DNA from: Monocercomonoides exilis PA203
Lineage: Eukaryota > Protista > Preaxostyla
Length of the DNA: 64,000 nt
Direction of reading: 5' to 3'
NCBI GenBank assembly: GCA_001643675.2
Contig: LSRY02000049.1
Coordinates: 248,001-312,000, forward strand
Position numbers and translations under genes: made by a program. Under the pieces are notes generated by a model that saw nothing but the letters and a program-made list of their open reading frames with translations, searched no databases and had not been told where the DNA came from. This document shows, piece after piece, positions 50,791 through 63,200 of this stretch. Each line of letters begins with the position of its first letter. Positions within the stretch are counted from its first letter, which is position 1.

Positions 50791-51425
50791 CAGTCTAAAT
50801 CGGATATAATAACTTCGGATTTTGCACAACTTTTTGTGACAATATCCGATTGTGATAATATACGATGCTGCCTAACACAGAAGAAAATTAAAATTAATTT
50901 TTGAAATAATTTATTTTGGGTCGATTTTTTTAAATTTTTGGAAATTCAACAAGAATACACTTTTTTCACTTGCTTGAACAATTTTGATCACAAATACACT
51001 ATTTTTTAGACTAATATGAGCACATTTTTGAAAAAGGCGAAAAATGATAATTTTTGATCTGGGACAAAATTCTTGCTTTTATGAAAAATTCAATGTTTTG
51101 CTCCAAACTTTTTCTTCAACTTTATCATTATAAGTCTTTCATTTCCATGTCAAAAAAATATAGAAAAATTAAAAAAATGAGAAATATGTTTGAATATTCA
51201 GAATGGAACAAAATTCATAAAGCTATAAATATCATCCCATCTTAAAATCGATTTTTCATTGAAAACATGACCCATCATAATTCAAAATACGATTATATAT
51301 ATTTAGCCTTGTGAATATATTCAATGGAAAATGAACGAAAAAAGGCCAAAAATGTCTAAGCATCGAAAAATGTGACAATAAACGAATGTGATTATGTTCG
51401 ACGTAATTATATGCAGTTTTGACTG
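50791..51425. mobile_element. pogo/Tc1-mariner-type MITE, copy B (carries a nested 178-bp MITE)
   Basis: TA|CAGTCTAAATCGGATATAAT ... ATTATATGCAGTTTTGACTG. Inverted homologue of 37202-37649, longer by about the size of the insert. Confidence 0.82.
51061..51238. mobile_element. 178-bp GGG...CCC MITE with 4-bp TSD (ATCT), copy 2
   Basis: ATCT|GGGACAAAATTC ... ATCATCCC|ATCT. Absent at the equivalent position of copy A (~37380-37392). Confidence 0.85.
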
Positions 51426-51448
51426 GATGTTTTTGAAAGAAATAATTA

Positions 51449-51706
51449 GGGTGATTATTTTTGAAATCATATTTTTTCAAAAATAATTTTTGGTCCAAAA
51501 ATTAATCTTGAATATTTGCATATGAACGTTGAAAAGTGAAAAGGCTTATTGAAGACATTATAATCTTTTATTCGGTTAAAATATTTGTTAAAAAAAAACA
51601 ATTATCATGCTTTTTCTCTTTTGAATTAAAATTTTCTTTCAAAAAACAAACAATCTTTGTTAAATAAACACTCCGAAAAAAGATATGATTTCAAAAATTA
51701 TCACCC
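51449..51706. mobile_element. 258-bp GGGTGAT-family MITE
   Basis: GGGTGATTATTTTTGAAATCATATTTTTTC ... GAAAAAAAGATATGATTTCAAAAATTATCACCC. TSD not clean. Confidence 0.72.
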
Positions 51707-52728
51707 AAAATTAAATACAACAAATATGTTAAAAGCGGACAAATGATAATCTCAAAAATATGATCACTTTAATTCAAAGAAAACTATTATGCATTATAAA
51801 TGCAGATGCATTTTGTAAGAATCTGAAATAACATAAATTCGAAAGATAGCGAAAAAAATTAGTCAGGTTTAAAATTATTATATATTCGAATACAAAAACA
51901 AGAATTTCATTTGATAAAAATTTATTGTTCATTTTCATATTGTTTATTCTGAATGCCAAAATTTGGCATAAGGCTTCTTAAAGGGAACCCTAAAAATTAA
52001 AAATGAGCTTTATGATAAGGCTAAATGTTTTCAAGTGATCTTTCATCAACACTCTTTGGTGTTGATTATTTGTTTAATTTATCAATTTTCTTTTTTAGGG
52101 TTTTCGTTTTCAAAAATTACTGTCCCTTAATTGAATTTTTTATTTATTTTTGTGTGAAATAAATTAAATAACTTTTAAAAGACATTTTTAGGTTTTTAAA
52201 CTTGTATATTATTGCCATTTGCAATTGTTAGGGTTGAAAATATCTCAATTTAAGTATTAAAATGAAGTTTGAAAAAAGTCTCGTAAAAACTCAAGATTAG
52301 AATAAAAAAAACCATTCAATCATTTTTGTTTTGATCAATTGGTTATTATTTTCCAAATGCATTCATAATATCTTAACATTGCATTTTTCAGATATTTATA
52401 CATGAATTTCACGAAAAAATCGGGAACCTTTAAAGCAGCATCTTGCCCAAAATTCTCATTTTGAATAATTTTTAAGTATATTTAAAAAAATCAAAAAAAA
52501 AAAAAAATTCAAAATAATTTTTTGTGTTAAATTATATGATTTGATTCAAAAATTAGAAGATATTATTTTCGAAGAAAGATTTGAGAAAAAGAAGTTGAAT
52601 ATGAGTAATCAAACAATAATTTAATTTTGTGTAATTTCTATTTTTCAATTTTTTATCAAAATACTTTCATATCTGATGTTTTGCCCCAAACGAGCATGCT
52701 ACACAAACACGTTAAGTTTTCATCCCAA

Positions 52729-54978
52729 TTAAAGCAGCATCTTGTATTCATATTTTTTGACAAATCTTTTCTTAAAGACTTCTTTAAAGCTTGAAGATAC
52801 AATGCTTCTAATTTGAGAACGCTTAAATGCTATAACTTGCAAATAGTCTTTTTTAAATGCTTTGGATGTTGAGTGCAAATTGCTGTTTCCAAATGGAAGA
52901 ATTGAAATAATATCTGAAATTTCTTCTTTTTGCATTTCTACAAAATATTTCATATTCATCAAGTTTTGTACCCTTTTTGATCGTTTTTTCAAACAACTTG
53001 GCATTTCATCGAGCATATAAATTTGCTCTAAATCATCTATAATCACTCGTTCCAAAAATGTAGAACATATTGAATTTACTCCATCTGTATCAATTACATT
53101 TTCTGGGTTTTCTTTATCTTCTTTCTCAATGTCGTTCGCTGGAAATTGCAGATAGTCGATCATGTAATCAAAATACAGACGTTTCATATCAGATTTGCAG
53201 CACAAACATTTGTAATCATTTGATGGAAAGCTATTTGATTCCAATCGCTTTTCTAACACTAATTCATTTCTAAAGTCTTCACTGACCTTATGTTGATCTC
53301 TTGCTTGATAAAAACAAAATGGCTTATGCAAAGAACTGATTAAAGTTGAAGAATACTTGTTCATTTGCAATTTTTGAGCACATAAATTTGATTTTGTGGT
53401 ATTGCGAGGCAATCTGAACTCAATTGAAAAAGAAGAATGCTCTGGATAATATCTGTTTCTAAACACGAGTTTGCTTATCTCTTTGCCTCGGTCATAATAC
53501 TCTACTTCAGCAGGCGAAACAGCAATTGTAGGATGGAAATAACATTTATTTTCGATATGACTAATTTCAGCGAAGTCCTTCTGTGCCTCAGAAGCAGTAT
53601 CGATACTTGCAAAACAATGCTGTTGAAAATGCGGCTCAAAGTTCTCAGCCACATCATCATATGCATTATTCGCTTCACGAGCAAAGGAATCTTTGCGATT
53701 CATTGAAAAATTATCTTGACCTTCCTTTATTTCAGTGTTGCCTTCTTCATTTTCTGTGGAATTCCGAGTCTCAATCTTTGCTTTCAAATCACTTATTTTA
53801 TTTTCTTCCAAGATAGGATAGAAGCGCTTTATTTTTTCTATCTCTCTTTGTTCATACGTTCTTTGCGCATCTTGAAGCCTCTTTTGTTTTTCAACATTCT
53901 TTTCTATTGCTTTTTTGATGTTTTCCCTATCTTCAATACTAACCTTTAGCTCGTCTGCATCCTTTAACTTATTTTTCAATTCTTCAATTGTTTCCAAATC
54001 TTCAATTTCAAGTTGCATTTTTTCATTGATCTTAGATTCCGCTTCATCCCACATGCTTTTCTCTTCTTCATCCACAATCCAACTTTTTCTAACCCATTCC
54101 CCAAACATCTTTAAATGCTTCTTGGCTTCATTTATTTGTGATCTTATAGCTTCTTTTCGTTTTTTGCTCATTTCTCTGGTGATTTCGACATTCGTTTGCT
54201 CGTCTTTCACACTAGCTGCTGCCACTGCTGATCCTTCTGGGTGCATATCCAATAAAAGCATATCTTCCTTTTGCCAATTCAATTCCAAATCCTTCTTGTG
54301 TAAGTCTTTCTTTTTATTAAATCTTTCATCAATTGTTTTCTTCATAGAATCATTTACTTCAACTTGATCTTCCTTTTTTTTCTCTCTTAATTCATTCATG
54401 CCTCTTTGTAAAACCGAACTTGACTTCAACTGCAAATTATTTTCAGATTTTTTGTCTATAGCAGGATAAATTCCTTTCACTCCTTTTGAACATTTTTCTG
54501 ATGTGATTGAATCAAGTTTCATTGGAGATAATCCAAAATTCGTTTGAGAAAAAAATGATGGATTTGAAGAATTAAGATAATTATCCAATACTTTACGCTC
54601 GTAGCATTTAACTTTAACATTATGATCTAAAGACGTTCTATCCTTTGATGAAGAAGATCTTTCCAAAAATTGAGAAATGATTGTGAACATTGATTTCTCA
54701 TTTATTGATGACGTAGAAAGAGTAAAAGGCTTTGAAGATTCAGAACAACAAGTATGAGATATTTTCATGGGCAACCTGGAAGACATTTCCGAGGCTTTTT
54801 CAGTTTGGATATATTTATCATATGATTTTGAATTTGATGAAATTGAATTTTGTAGTGCCTGTGAAATAATATTACAATCAAATTCAGAAAATCTCCCTTT
54901 TGCTTCACAATTTTTATCAATTGGTATATCAAGATTCTGATCAATGGGGCGTAATTTCTCACTCTGTTTCATTTTCAT
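52729..54978 (-). CDS. Hypothetical ~750-aa Lys/Glu-rich coiled-coil protein
   Basis: 2.3-kb open frame in AT-rich DNA; first in-frame ATG at 54978. Central charged heptads; no recognised domain. Confidence 0.65.
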   Translation of the reverse strand: MKMKQSEKLRPIDQNLDIPIDKNCEAKGRFSEFDCNIISQALQNSISSNSKSYDKYIQTEKASEMSSRLPMKISHTCCSESSKPFTLSTSSINEKSMFTIISQFLERSSSSKDRTSLDHNVKVKCYERKVLDNYLNSSNPSFFSQTNFGLSPMKLDSITSEKCSKGVKGIYPAIDKKSENNLQLKSSSVLQRGMNELREKKKEDQVEVNDSMKKTIDERFNKKKDLHKKDLELNWQKEDMLLLDMHPEGSAVAAASVKDEQTNVEITREMSKKRKEAIRSQINEAKKHLKMFGEWVRKSWIVDEEEKSMWDEAESKINEKMQLEIEDLETIEELKNKLKDADELKVSIEDRENIKKAIEKNVEKQKRLQDAQRTYEQREIEKIKRFYPILEENKISDLKAKIETRNSTENEEGNTEIKEGQDNFSMNRKDSFAREANNAYDDVAENFEPHFQQHCFASIDTASEAQKDFAEISHIENKCYFHPTIAVSPAEVEYYDRGKEISKLVFRNRYYPEHSSFSIEFRLPRNTTKSNLCAQKLQMNKYSSTLISSLHKPFCFYQARDQHKVSEDFRNELVLEKRLESNSFPSNDYKCLCCKSDMKRLYFDYMIDYLQFPANDIEKEDKENPENVIDTDGVNSICSTFLERVIIDDLEQIYMLDEMPSCLKKRSKRVQNLMNMKYFVEMQKEEISDIISILPFGNSNLHSTSKAFKKDYLQVIAFKRSQIRSIVSSSFKEVFKKRFVKKYEYKMLL

Positions 54979-55152
54979 ATAAAAAGGTAAAAAAGTCAAC
55001 AAATCATAAAGTAAAGAAAGTAATACAATCAAATTCAACTTGACAAATCCAACCAAACTTTACTCATAGCATTTATTATTTGTGCCGATAAATTAAAGTG
55101 CTAATTAATAGATGTAGAATTTTATAATGGGAATATCTTTAAATGCTGATTT

Positions 55153-55329
55153 GGGGCAATATTTTTTCATGTATGAAATAACGACTATTTGTTCCAAACT
55201 TTTTCCACAACCTTATCATGAGAAATCTTGCATTCCTATGTCAAAAAAATACAGAAAAATTCTAAAACTGAGAAAAATATTTGTTAGAGAAGAATGGAAC
55301 AAAATTCATAAAGCAAAAAATCTTGTCCC
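55153..55329. mobile_element. 177-bp GGG...CCC MITE with 4-bp TSD (ATTT), copy 3
   Basis: ATTT|GGGGCAAT ... GGAACAAAATTCATAAAGCAAAAAATCTTGTCCC|ATTT. Internal similarity to 51061-51238. Confidence 0.78.
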
Positions 55330-55641
55330 ATTTCTTCATAAATCTTTTTTAACTCGAGCTAAAGCGTAAATGCATAATATTTTCATAAAAAACAGTAAAA
55401 CGTCATATACAATACATATTTAGTTCTTCAAAGTGGAAAGGATAAACTGAATTGAAAAAAAATGAAGATGTGAATACTAAGAAAATAAAGATTGAGGTGA
55501 TGCTAAAAAATATTGCAAAACATTCACTCCGAATATTTTGCAATACAACGTAACATATAACTACTACAATAACCATTTCTAATTTTAAATCAAAAACAAA
55601 ATCACAAACAGTGAAATGAAGATAAATATTTATTTTCGCTT

Positions 55642-57194
55642 CTAAACTGGCAGTGGGAACAATTTGTTCATGATCACAGACCACAAAACGAAAAACGGAA
55701 ATATTAACAAAAACAGTTGAATGACAATTGTGGTAACAATTTCACCAGAATACACGTTAAATTCCTTTGAAAGCGAAAACACCATCACAGCCAGCGGAAG
55801 TGCATTGATAAGGACAGCTGCATGTTGTTGATCAGGGCGCAGGGAAAAAGGAGACGACGAAGTCGAAGAAAAGCAAGGGATATACAAAACGGCCAGCATC
55901 ACAGCGGGGGAGAGCAGATATCGAATAAAGGCAAGAATAAAAACAAGTGGAATGTTTAATTTTGGACGAGCATTATTTTGGTTTGATGAAGAAGACGCTG
56001 CTGATGAATGCCGGGGAGGGTGTTCAGGGTTAGTCCTCACTGAAGAAGATGATGATTCAGATTGCGAAGGCTCAGCAGAAGAAGACTTTATTGAAGGAGA
56101 CGATGCACGTTGTGTTATTACAGAAGACAAAGATGAAGAAGAAACAGAAGAATCGCTTTCGTCCGAATTGACAGACGGACTGATCTCAACAGAATCAAAA
56201 TCTTCACCCATTTCAGTTAAATTGGCTTTCTCTTCATCACTTCCTTTTCTGCTTCGCTTTTTGGACTTGAACCAAAGTTTTATTGCTTTCCAATTTATTT
56301 TCAAAGCAGGGGCATGAGCACTAACAAACATTTAAATGGAAGGATTAACATAATAAAGAAACTAACAACAGAAATTAGAGAAAAAAGCATACCTAAAAAG
56401 TCCAATATTGAACATTACAACAGAAATATTACTTGAACTTGTTTGGGTTATAAACGTGTCAAGCCATAAGGGTTTCTTTATTCGTGCAAAATTTAAAATA
56501 AATCCGAGAATGATTGCCCACACAAGAACGTTTGTTGCAACTCGGAATATAACTTTTGGAACCAACTTTAAACTATCCTTTACGGTAAAATGAAAATTCG
56601 AATTCGTTTCCATGACTTTCTTCTTTAGTTTGGTGTATTCAAACAAAAACAATGAAAATGGTAGGAGATAAACTGAATCTGGAATTGCAGATAAAACACA
56701 TAGAAGTCCCATATTGTATTCAGGATACGTCGTGACAAGAAACGCTCTTGATTGTTATTTCAAAAAAAAAAAAATGAAATATTATTAAATATCTTAAAAA
56801 ATGCACACATTCCATAAACAATGTTATTAGAATAATTCGCATTAAGTTGTAAAATGTTGTATAAATCTAATGTCATTTTTTTGGTAAATAAAGCAGGTAT
56901 AGCACAAATAATCATCATTAGAGTTTTATGAACAATAAAAGGAATGATAAACAACAGTTCAGAGCCATCAAAAAAAGATCTAAAAATTGTTAAATAACTT
57001 ATTAAAAGAAGAGCATACCTTGTTAGAATAGAAGTGGCTACCATTGGTAAGGAAATCATTAAAGTGTATCGATTAATTCCATCAACATGCTGGGGTAAAA
57101 TAGTGTCAGTTGTTCCAATAATCCATCCAGCTAAAGAGCATAGTAATGCAGGTATTAATGCTTCTTGAAGAGCATCTAAATACGACCCAGACAT
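55642..57194 (-). CDS. Auxin efflux carrier (AEC / PIN-like, Mem_trans) family transporter, 4 exons
   Basis: GINRYTLMISLP, NANYSNNIVYG, NVLVWAIILG, RYLLSPAVM and AAVLINALPLAVMVFSLSKEF follow the AEC/PIN helix pattern, with a Ser-rich hydrophilic insert and three short introns. Confidence 0.82.
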
Positions 57195-57249
57195 GTTCTT
57201 TAATAATTTGGATCAATGGTACCTTATTAAAAAATTTATCAAACCAGAA

Positions 57250-60200
57250 ATGTCTTTGCCAGACCATCCTGATGCAGCTGCTGGAGCAGGAGAAGCTACA
57301 ACTGCTGCTGAAGGAGGCTCTTTAGATAAAATTTCTGATACAGATGAATTTGTTTTTAATTTGTTGTATCCTCTTGCTGTACAGGTAATTTTTCTTTTTT
57401 TCGATTTTTGCATTTATTGAATTCTTTAATTCGATTTCATTTATCTATATACTTGCCGCTATTCCATCTAATTTTTTGCACATGAATTCAAAATAATTTT
57501 TAGGAAAAAAAGCCAAGTTCAAAGCTGGATGCATTTTTATGGGGATATCAATTTTTGGAATTTGTTGCAACATCCATAATGTTTAATCCTATAAACTTTC
57601 CTGATGTTGTTAGAACAGTATGAGAAATTAATATTTCAAAGGAATTTACTCTTTTCTATTCACTAATTATCATATTTTCTCAATAGATTGCTTCTTGTAT
57701 TAATTTGAGCATCATTGGAGCAATAAATACAACAGCTTTTTATGTGTGCTATGGAGTGGCCATATTTATGCTGCTTCTTGTAATAATAGGACTTTTAATT
57801 GTGTCGAAATTTTACAAGGTTTGAATCAACACTTTATATGTTTTATTCATTTTTTGATTTTGTAGAAACTGCAAAAATCCATGAGATGGCTTGTTCAATA
57901 TTACCGCCTTTACGTTAAAATATACTTGAAAATTTTGTTTGCAAACATGTACTTATTTGAAGCATTTGTATAAATTATTCTTCATAATTTCTAATTTTCT
58001 ACAGGATCACTCCATCAATGTGCTGGTTGTGCATTCCTTTTGTTTATGACTATTCTCAGCCAGAAGAAACAGGACCCATTTTTCTGACGTTGCTTCCAGA
58101 AATCCAAGCATGGTTTGATGTTTATTTTCTGAATAATTATATTTAATATTCATTCATAATTTTTTTTTTGAAAAATGTAAATGTTACAACAGGAGCGTAC
58201 AACATATTGTTTTATTTGCAGTGTCAATATTGATAATTGTATCGATATTTCTTGTACAGTTTATACTTCTGTACTTCTGCTGTCCATCAAATCCAAAAGG
58301 AGGTGGAATTTTTTCGAGAGAGCCAGGTGCATGGGCCAGGTGGGAGGTTTGAGATTTGCGAATCATTTCGTATTGTTTCACATATTTTGGAAAATTTATT
58401 TATTTTTTTCACTTATTTCTTTTTTTGGGGATTCAGGCTTCTCTTGATATTTGTCATGTTGTCACAACATTTATCATTTCATATTACACATTTTGGAGGT
58501 ACATGACAGTGACAATTTACTTCGGATACTTGGCTTTTGATTGCTATACAGTTAAGGTTTATTCTTTCTTTATTTATAATTCGATAATAAATGATTGTTA
58601 TTCATAAATAAATCGAATTAATGTTCTTTCTATTAAACTCAAAAAATTATTTTATTTGGGGCATATAATGCATCTATGTTATATTTTCTTTGTTACAAAC
58701 CGTCAAACATTTTCATAATATGCAATTCCCTTTCGAAACAGCCATATTTTCATAAAAGCGGCAATATTCTCTTTCTTGTCTTTGTAACAGAGCAAGCTTG
58801 GATTTTGTTCATTGGTTTTATTGGTATGCATATTCTTCAAATATTCAAAAGATTTATATGTTTTTTATTTTTTCATTCCAAAAACACACAATTTCCCTCA
58901 ATTTCTCATCGTGAAATTTTTTACCACCATTCAATTGTTAAATAATTACGACGGAAAAAATTCTTGCTTTTGATGTTTCTTCTTTCTTTCTTTCTTTTTT
59001 TCAGCAACATTCACCGGAAACACGATTGTTGCGAATGTGCTTGTGTTCTTCTTCCTGTTTCTGGGGATGATAGCGATTCCGTTTCTGTATGTCAAGTTTT
59101 TCTCGATCTCGTGGCAGAAGATGATGTGGATACACCCCGGCGGAGAGATGTACATCGATCCATACAACCCAGCACACATCCGCCCTGTGACTGACAAAGA
59201 CCCCGCCATCTTCACAAAGCCCGCACGCCGCCCAACGCTTCTGGGGAAGATTGAGGTGCCAAACGACATGGCAATCGTGTCAGAGGAGAAGAAGCTGGTC
59301 GAGGCATCGAACAAAATCAGAGAGAACGAACGACAAAGGAAAAAGAAGCTGAGAGACGAGGGATACACTGATGATCCAGAGTCGATTGAGATGGTTCATA
59401 TGAGCTCACTTAACGCAACTGCAGCTTCAAATGCTTCAAACAAAGGGAAGTTCCAAGTTCAAAGCGATCCTACTCGAATTCCAACTGAAAGTGTGCCTTT
59501 GCATTGAATAATACTTTTTTTTCCAAAATTATTAAATTATTTGTATGATATAACAAATTCCTTTCCCCTTCAATTAATGAAATTTTATTTTGTTTTCCAT
59601 GAATGAACTGATTATGTTTTTTTTTTCAATATTTGTTAACTTCAACAAAAAAATGACGATTTCATTCAATGCACAGTCGATGTTCTTCCTCCTCCAAACA
59701 GTCCATTCAGCTATCCGCACATCCCCAAAATCCGAAAGGCGCACGATGTTGAGCCAGGCATCCGCTTTGTGTATGAGAAGGAGTTCCGGACAAAGCGCTA
59801 TCTGGCTTATGTCGATGCTATCTACCACATCGGCCTCCAACGTTTCAATGAAGATGCCCCGTACTACTTGCAGTATGCCACATACTCTCACTATCTGATG
59901 AAGGACAACAAAAAAGCACTGGCGCTGGTGAAGTCTGCGAGGCAGCACCATCCAGAGCAGCTGTCCCGCTTTGTGATATTCGTCGCCTCGCGCGAATGGT
60001 CTGCAGACACTGCCTCAGGCGATGAGTACATGACAGCCATCTCCATGCAGCAGCTCAACGAGAACCTTCCCATCGCCATCGACTACCACACACAAGCCAA
60101 ACAGGCCCTGAGAGAGTTCTGGGAGAATCTCCAGCGCCCACAACCAGATTTTTCGAGAGTGAATCCGCTGCTTCAGAGAATCGACTCTGCGCAGAAGGAG

Positions 60201-63200
60201 GCGAGAAACAGATATGAGCGGCTTCTGATTGAATACCCAAATTCGTCGAAGGTGTTGTACAACTACGGAAACCTGCTGTATGAAGTCTTTCGAGACGACG
60301 AGACGGCAGAGAATATTCTGTCGAGGGCTGAAGAGATGGAAGAAGAGGAGAAAGAACGAAAAGGGCTGACAATTGGCGGAATTGATGTGAGCTCAGGAAA
60401 CGTGAATTCGCGTTCAGATCTGTCGACGTCTGGCGGGCCGGGCCTTTCTCGCCAGCACACTTCGAATGCAGACGAGAAGAAGGCAAAAGCAGAAGATACA
60501 GGGCCTGTTTCTGGAGTGCCGCTGGAAACTGCGTATAATGACGAAGAAATGCAAATGGCTGAAATACAGAAGCGAGCACAGGAACTGGAGAAAGAAAAGA
60601 CAAAAGAGAGAATCCAAAAGATGAGGAAGCGGAAAAGAGCAAAGAGGAAGAAGAAGAAGCAGGCAGCCGCGCTTGTTGGAATGGAGCTTACTGGAAAGAC
60701 ACGATCATCCACAAACACATATCTTCTGTTACTTCTGCTCATTTTTATTCTTGTTGGCGGTGGGTTCTTGGCGTCTTACTTCATTTCCTCCTCCTTCTCA
60801 TCATCTGTCCTTGGGCAGATTGAGAGATTCAACGATGTTGGAAAGACGATGACGCTGATGGCACGATTAGTTGTTCTGGCGCGTGTGATTGTCTGCCACC
60901 AGCGCAACAGCGTTCCCCTTCCTCCTTCACCAGAGGCACCATACTATCCAACACTTCAGGCAATCTACGCAGAGTCAATTGATGTGGTGAACAACATCTC
61001 TTCGATTATGTACAACCTCGCCATGGACAGCGTGATGCTGACTCACTTTGAGAAGCGGATGTCTTATGTCTACTGCAACGTGGAGAATGCGAATGTGACT
61101 CAAATGTTGATGAGAGAGAGCTCCATTCAAAGTGTCATCAACGCCATTTCGCAGAGTCTCCGCTCTGAAGCCATCGTCGGAACTGTGCCAGTGACTGACG
61201 CTGCATCCACTGCCTCTCTGATGATTATGATCAATGCACCTGGCTTTGTCACTGAAAGGCTGAAGTCTATTCTTGTTGAACAGAGCAAAAGCTTATCATC
61301 ATCCATCACGTTATCTGCTGTGACAATTGTGATCATTCTTGTGGTGCTGATCTTAGTTTCCATTGCATTGTTGCTGTTTTATGTCTGGAGAACCATCAAG
61401 GAGTCAACTGTGCGTGGCAAAGCATCTCTTCTGATGCTTTCGATGGTGCCAAAATCGTCCATCTCTTCAATTCTGTCTCGTCTGCAGGACTCTGCCGGAA
61501 CAAAGCTGCTTGGATCAAATTTAGTTGGCGCATTTGGAGCAGCCGGAGCTGGTGGCGATCCCTTTTTAATGACCAAGCGAGCTGAGTCTCCGAGAGAGCA
61601 GAGAGACGGAGAGGAATCCACGCGCGAGGCAAGAGTGAAAGCACAGGTTGGAAATGCCCTGTCGTCGCTTCTGGGGCAGGTGAGGAACAAAAAGACGTCT
61701 GGCGATGTGAGTCCTGTTATGTCGCCTGACGAGCGATATGGGCAGGCATTCGGAAGTGGGAGTGATGCAGACAGCGAAAGCGATGAAGTGTCAGAGAATG
61801 TGCGCGGAAGGAGGAAAATGGATATTTCTGCAGACAGCGATGAAGGACAGTCTGACTCAGATTCAGACGATTCTGTTGAGAGCCAGATTATCCACCACAG
61901 CTTTCTGGATGATATTCCGTTGGATCTCGAGAACAACATGTCGAGAAGACTGCAGGCACAGCATTCTTCTGACGGGCTGAATGCAACACAAGCTTCGTCC
62001 ACTTTGCATCCGTCTGATTCAACTGCCTCAGGCGGACTTGCAGCTCAACAGCAGCCAGATTCTGAGCAGCAGAAATCCTTCCAGGGAAATAGAACAGAGA
62101 ATGACAATGGGCAGATGAATTATCCGCAGAGGCAAGCATTGCAAAAGCAAGAGCAACAACAGCAGCCGCAGTTTGGATCAGGCAACCTACAAGTGCTGCC
62201 AACGATGATGCAAACTCCTCAGCAGAATCCACAAATGACCCAGTCAACATACTTTTCCACACCTCAGTTCCAGCAAACAAGCATTTCATCATCTTCACAG
62301 CCTGGCCCGCCTGTGAGAGTCGGGGGAGATGGGCAAATCCAGTCTCAATCAATTAGACTGACTGGATTTCAGATGGGTGGAACACCAACCAACACTCAGC
62401 AACAGCAGAAATCTCAAAATTCACAGCAATTCCAACAGAATCAGCCACCGCCATTGGAAAAACAAGACTCACAATCAACAAACAGCAGTTCGAGAAAGGG
62501 AACTCGTCCACCATCGCTGGATCTGAATCTGGTGAGAGACAAAAAAGGAGCAGGAAATGGGAAAACGATTGAGATGGAAGAGATGAATGAAAACAACGAA
62601 GACAACAATGGAGGAGACAATGAAAATGATAATGACAACGATGCTGATAATGACGAGGGATCAAACGATGGTGGGAAGACAGGAAGAACAGTCACATCTA
62701 TTGACGGTGGGCAAACAGCACGTCTTTATTCACTCGATGTTCCGCCAACACCGCCGTCGCCTTCAGGCGCTGGGGCAGCTCATTTTGATGTGGCTGAGCT
62801 GAATCCGCACGTCCGAAGCGAAAGAGAATTCAAAGAATGGTCGAGAAACGTGAAGCATGCAGTGGCTGAGGTACAGAATAAATCACTGAAGTTTCCATCA
62901 GTCGTGAATGCATGGGTTGTTGGGCGTGTTTCATTTGCGATCGCAGCCATCTTTGCACTTGGCTTCTCCACAATGTATCTGGCGTTCACTTCATTGCAGC
63001 AGACGAATGTTTTAGCGAATCAGATGATTTTGTCGTCAATCCGAACTGCACAATTGTTACAAATGCAGTATTTCTCTATCCAACTTGTGCACAACAACAC
63101 ATTTATGCCTCTTACAAACATGGTTGACGAAAGTGCAACATCTCCTGTGTTTAGGGATCTTATACACGCAATGAACAATCCTCTAGACATTCAGACACTT

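Noticed and set aside
51978-52433. Kolobok-like element (TTAA-AGG...CCT-TTAA)
   Set aside because: The terminal match is only a few bases and there is no second copy in the window.
59037-59507. Separate 156-aa gene
   Set aside because: It is an internal exon. The GT at 59491 and AG at 59675-76 are phase-compatible and join it to the TPR exon.
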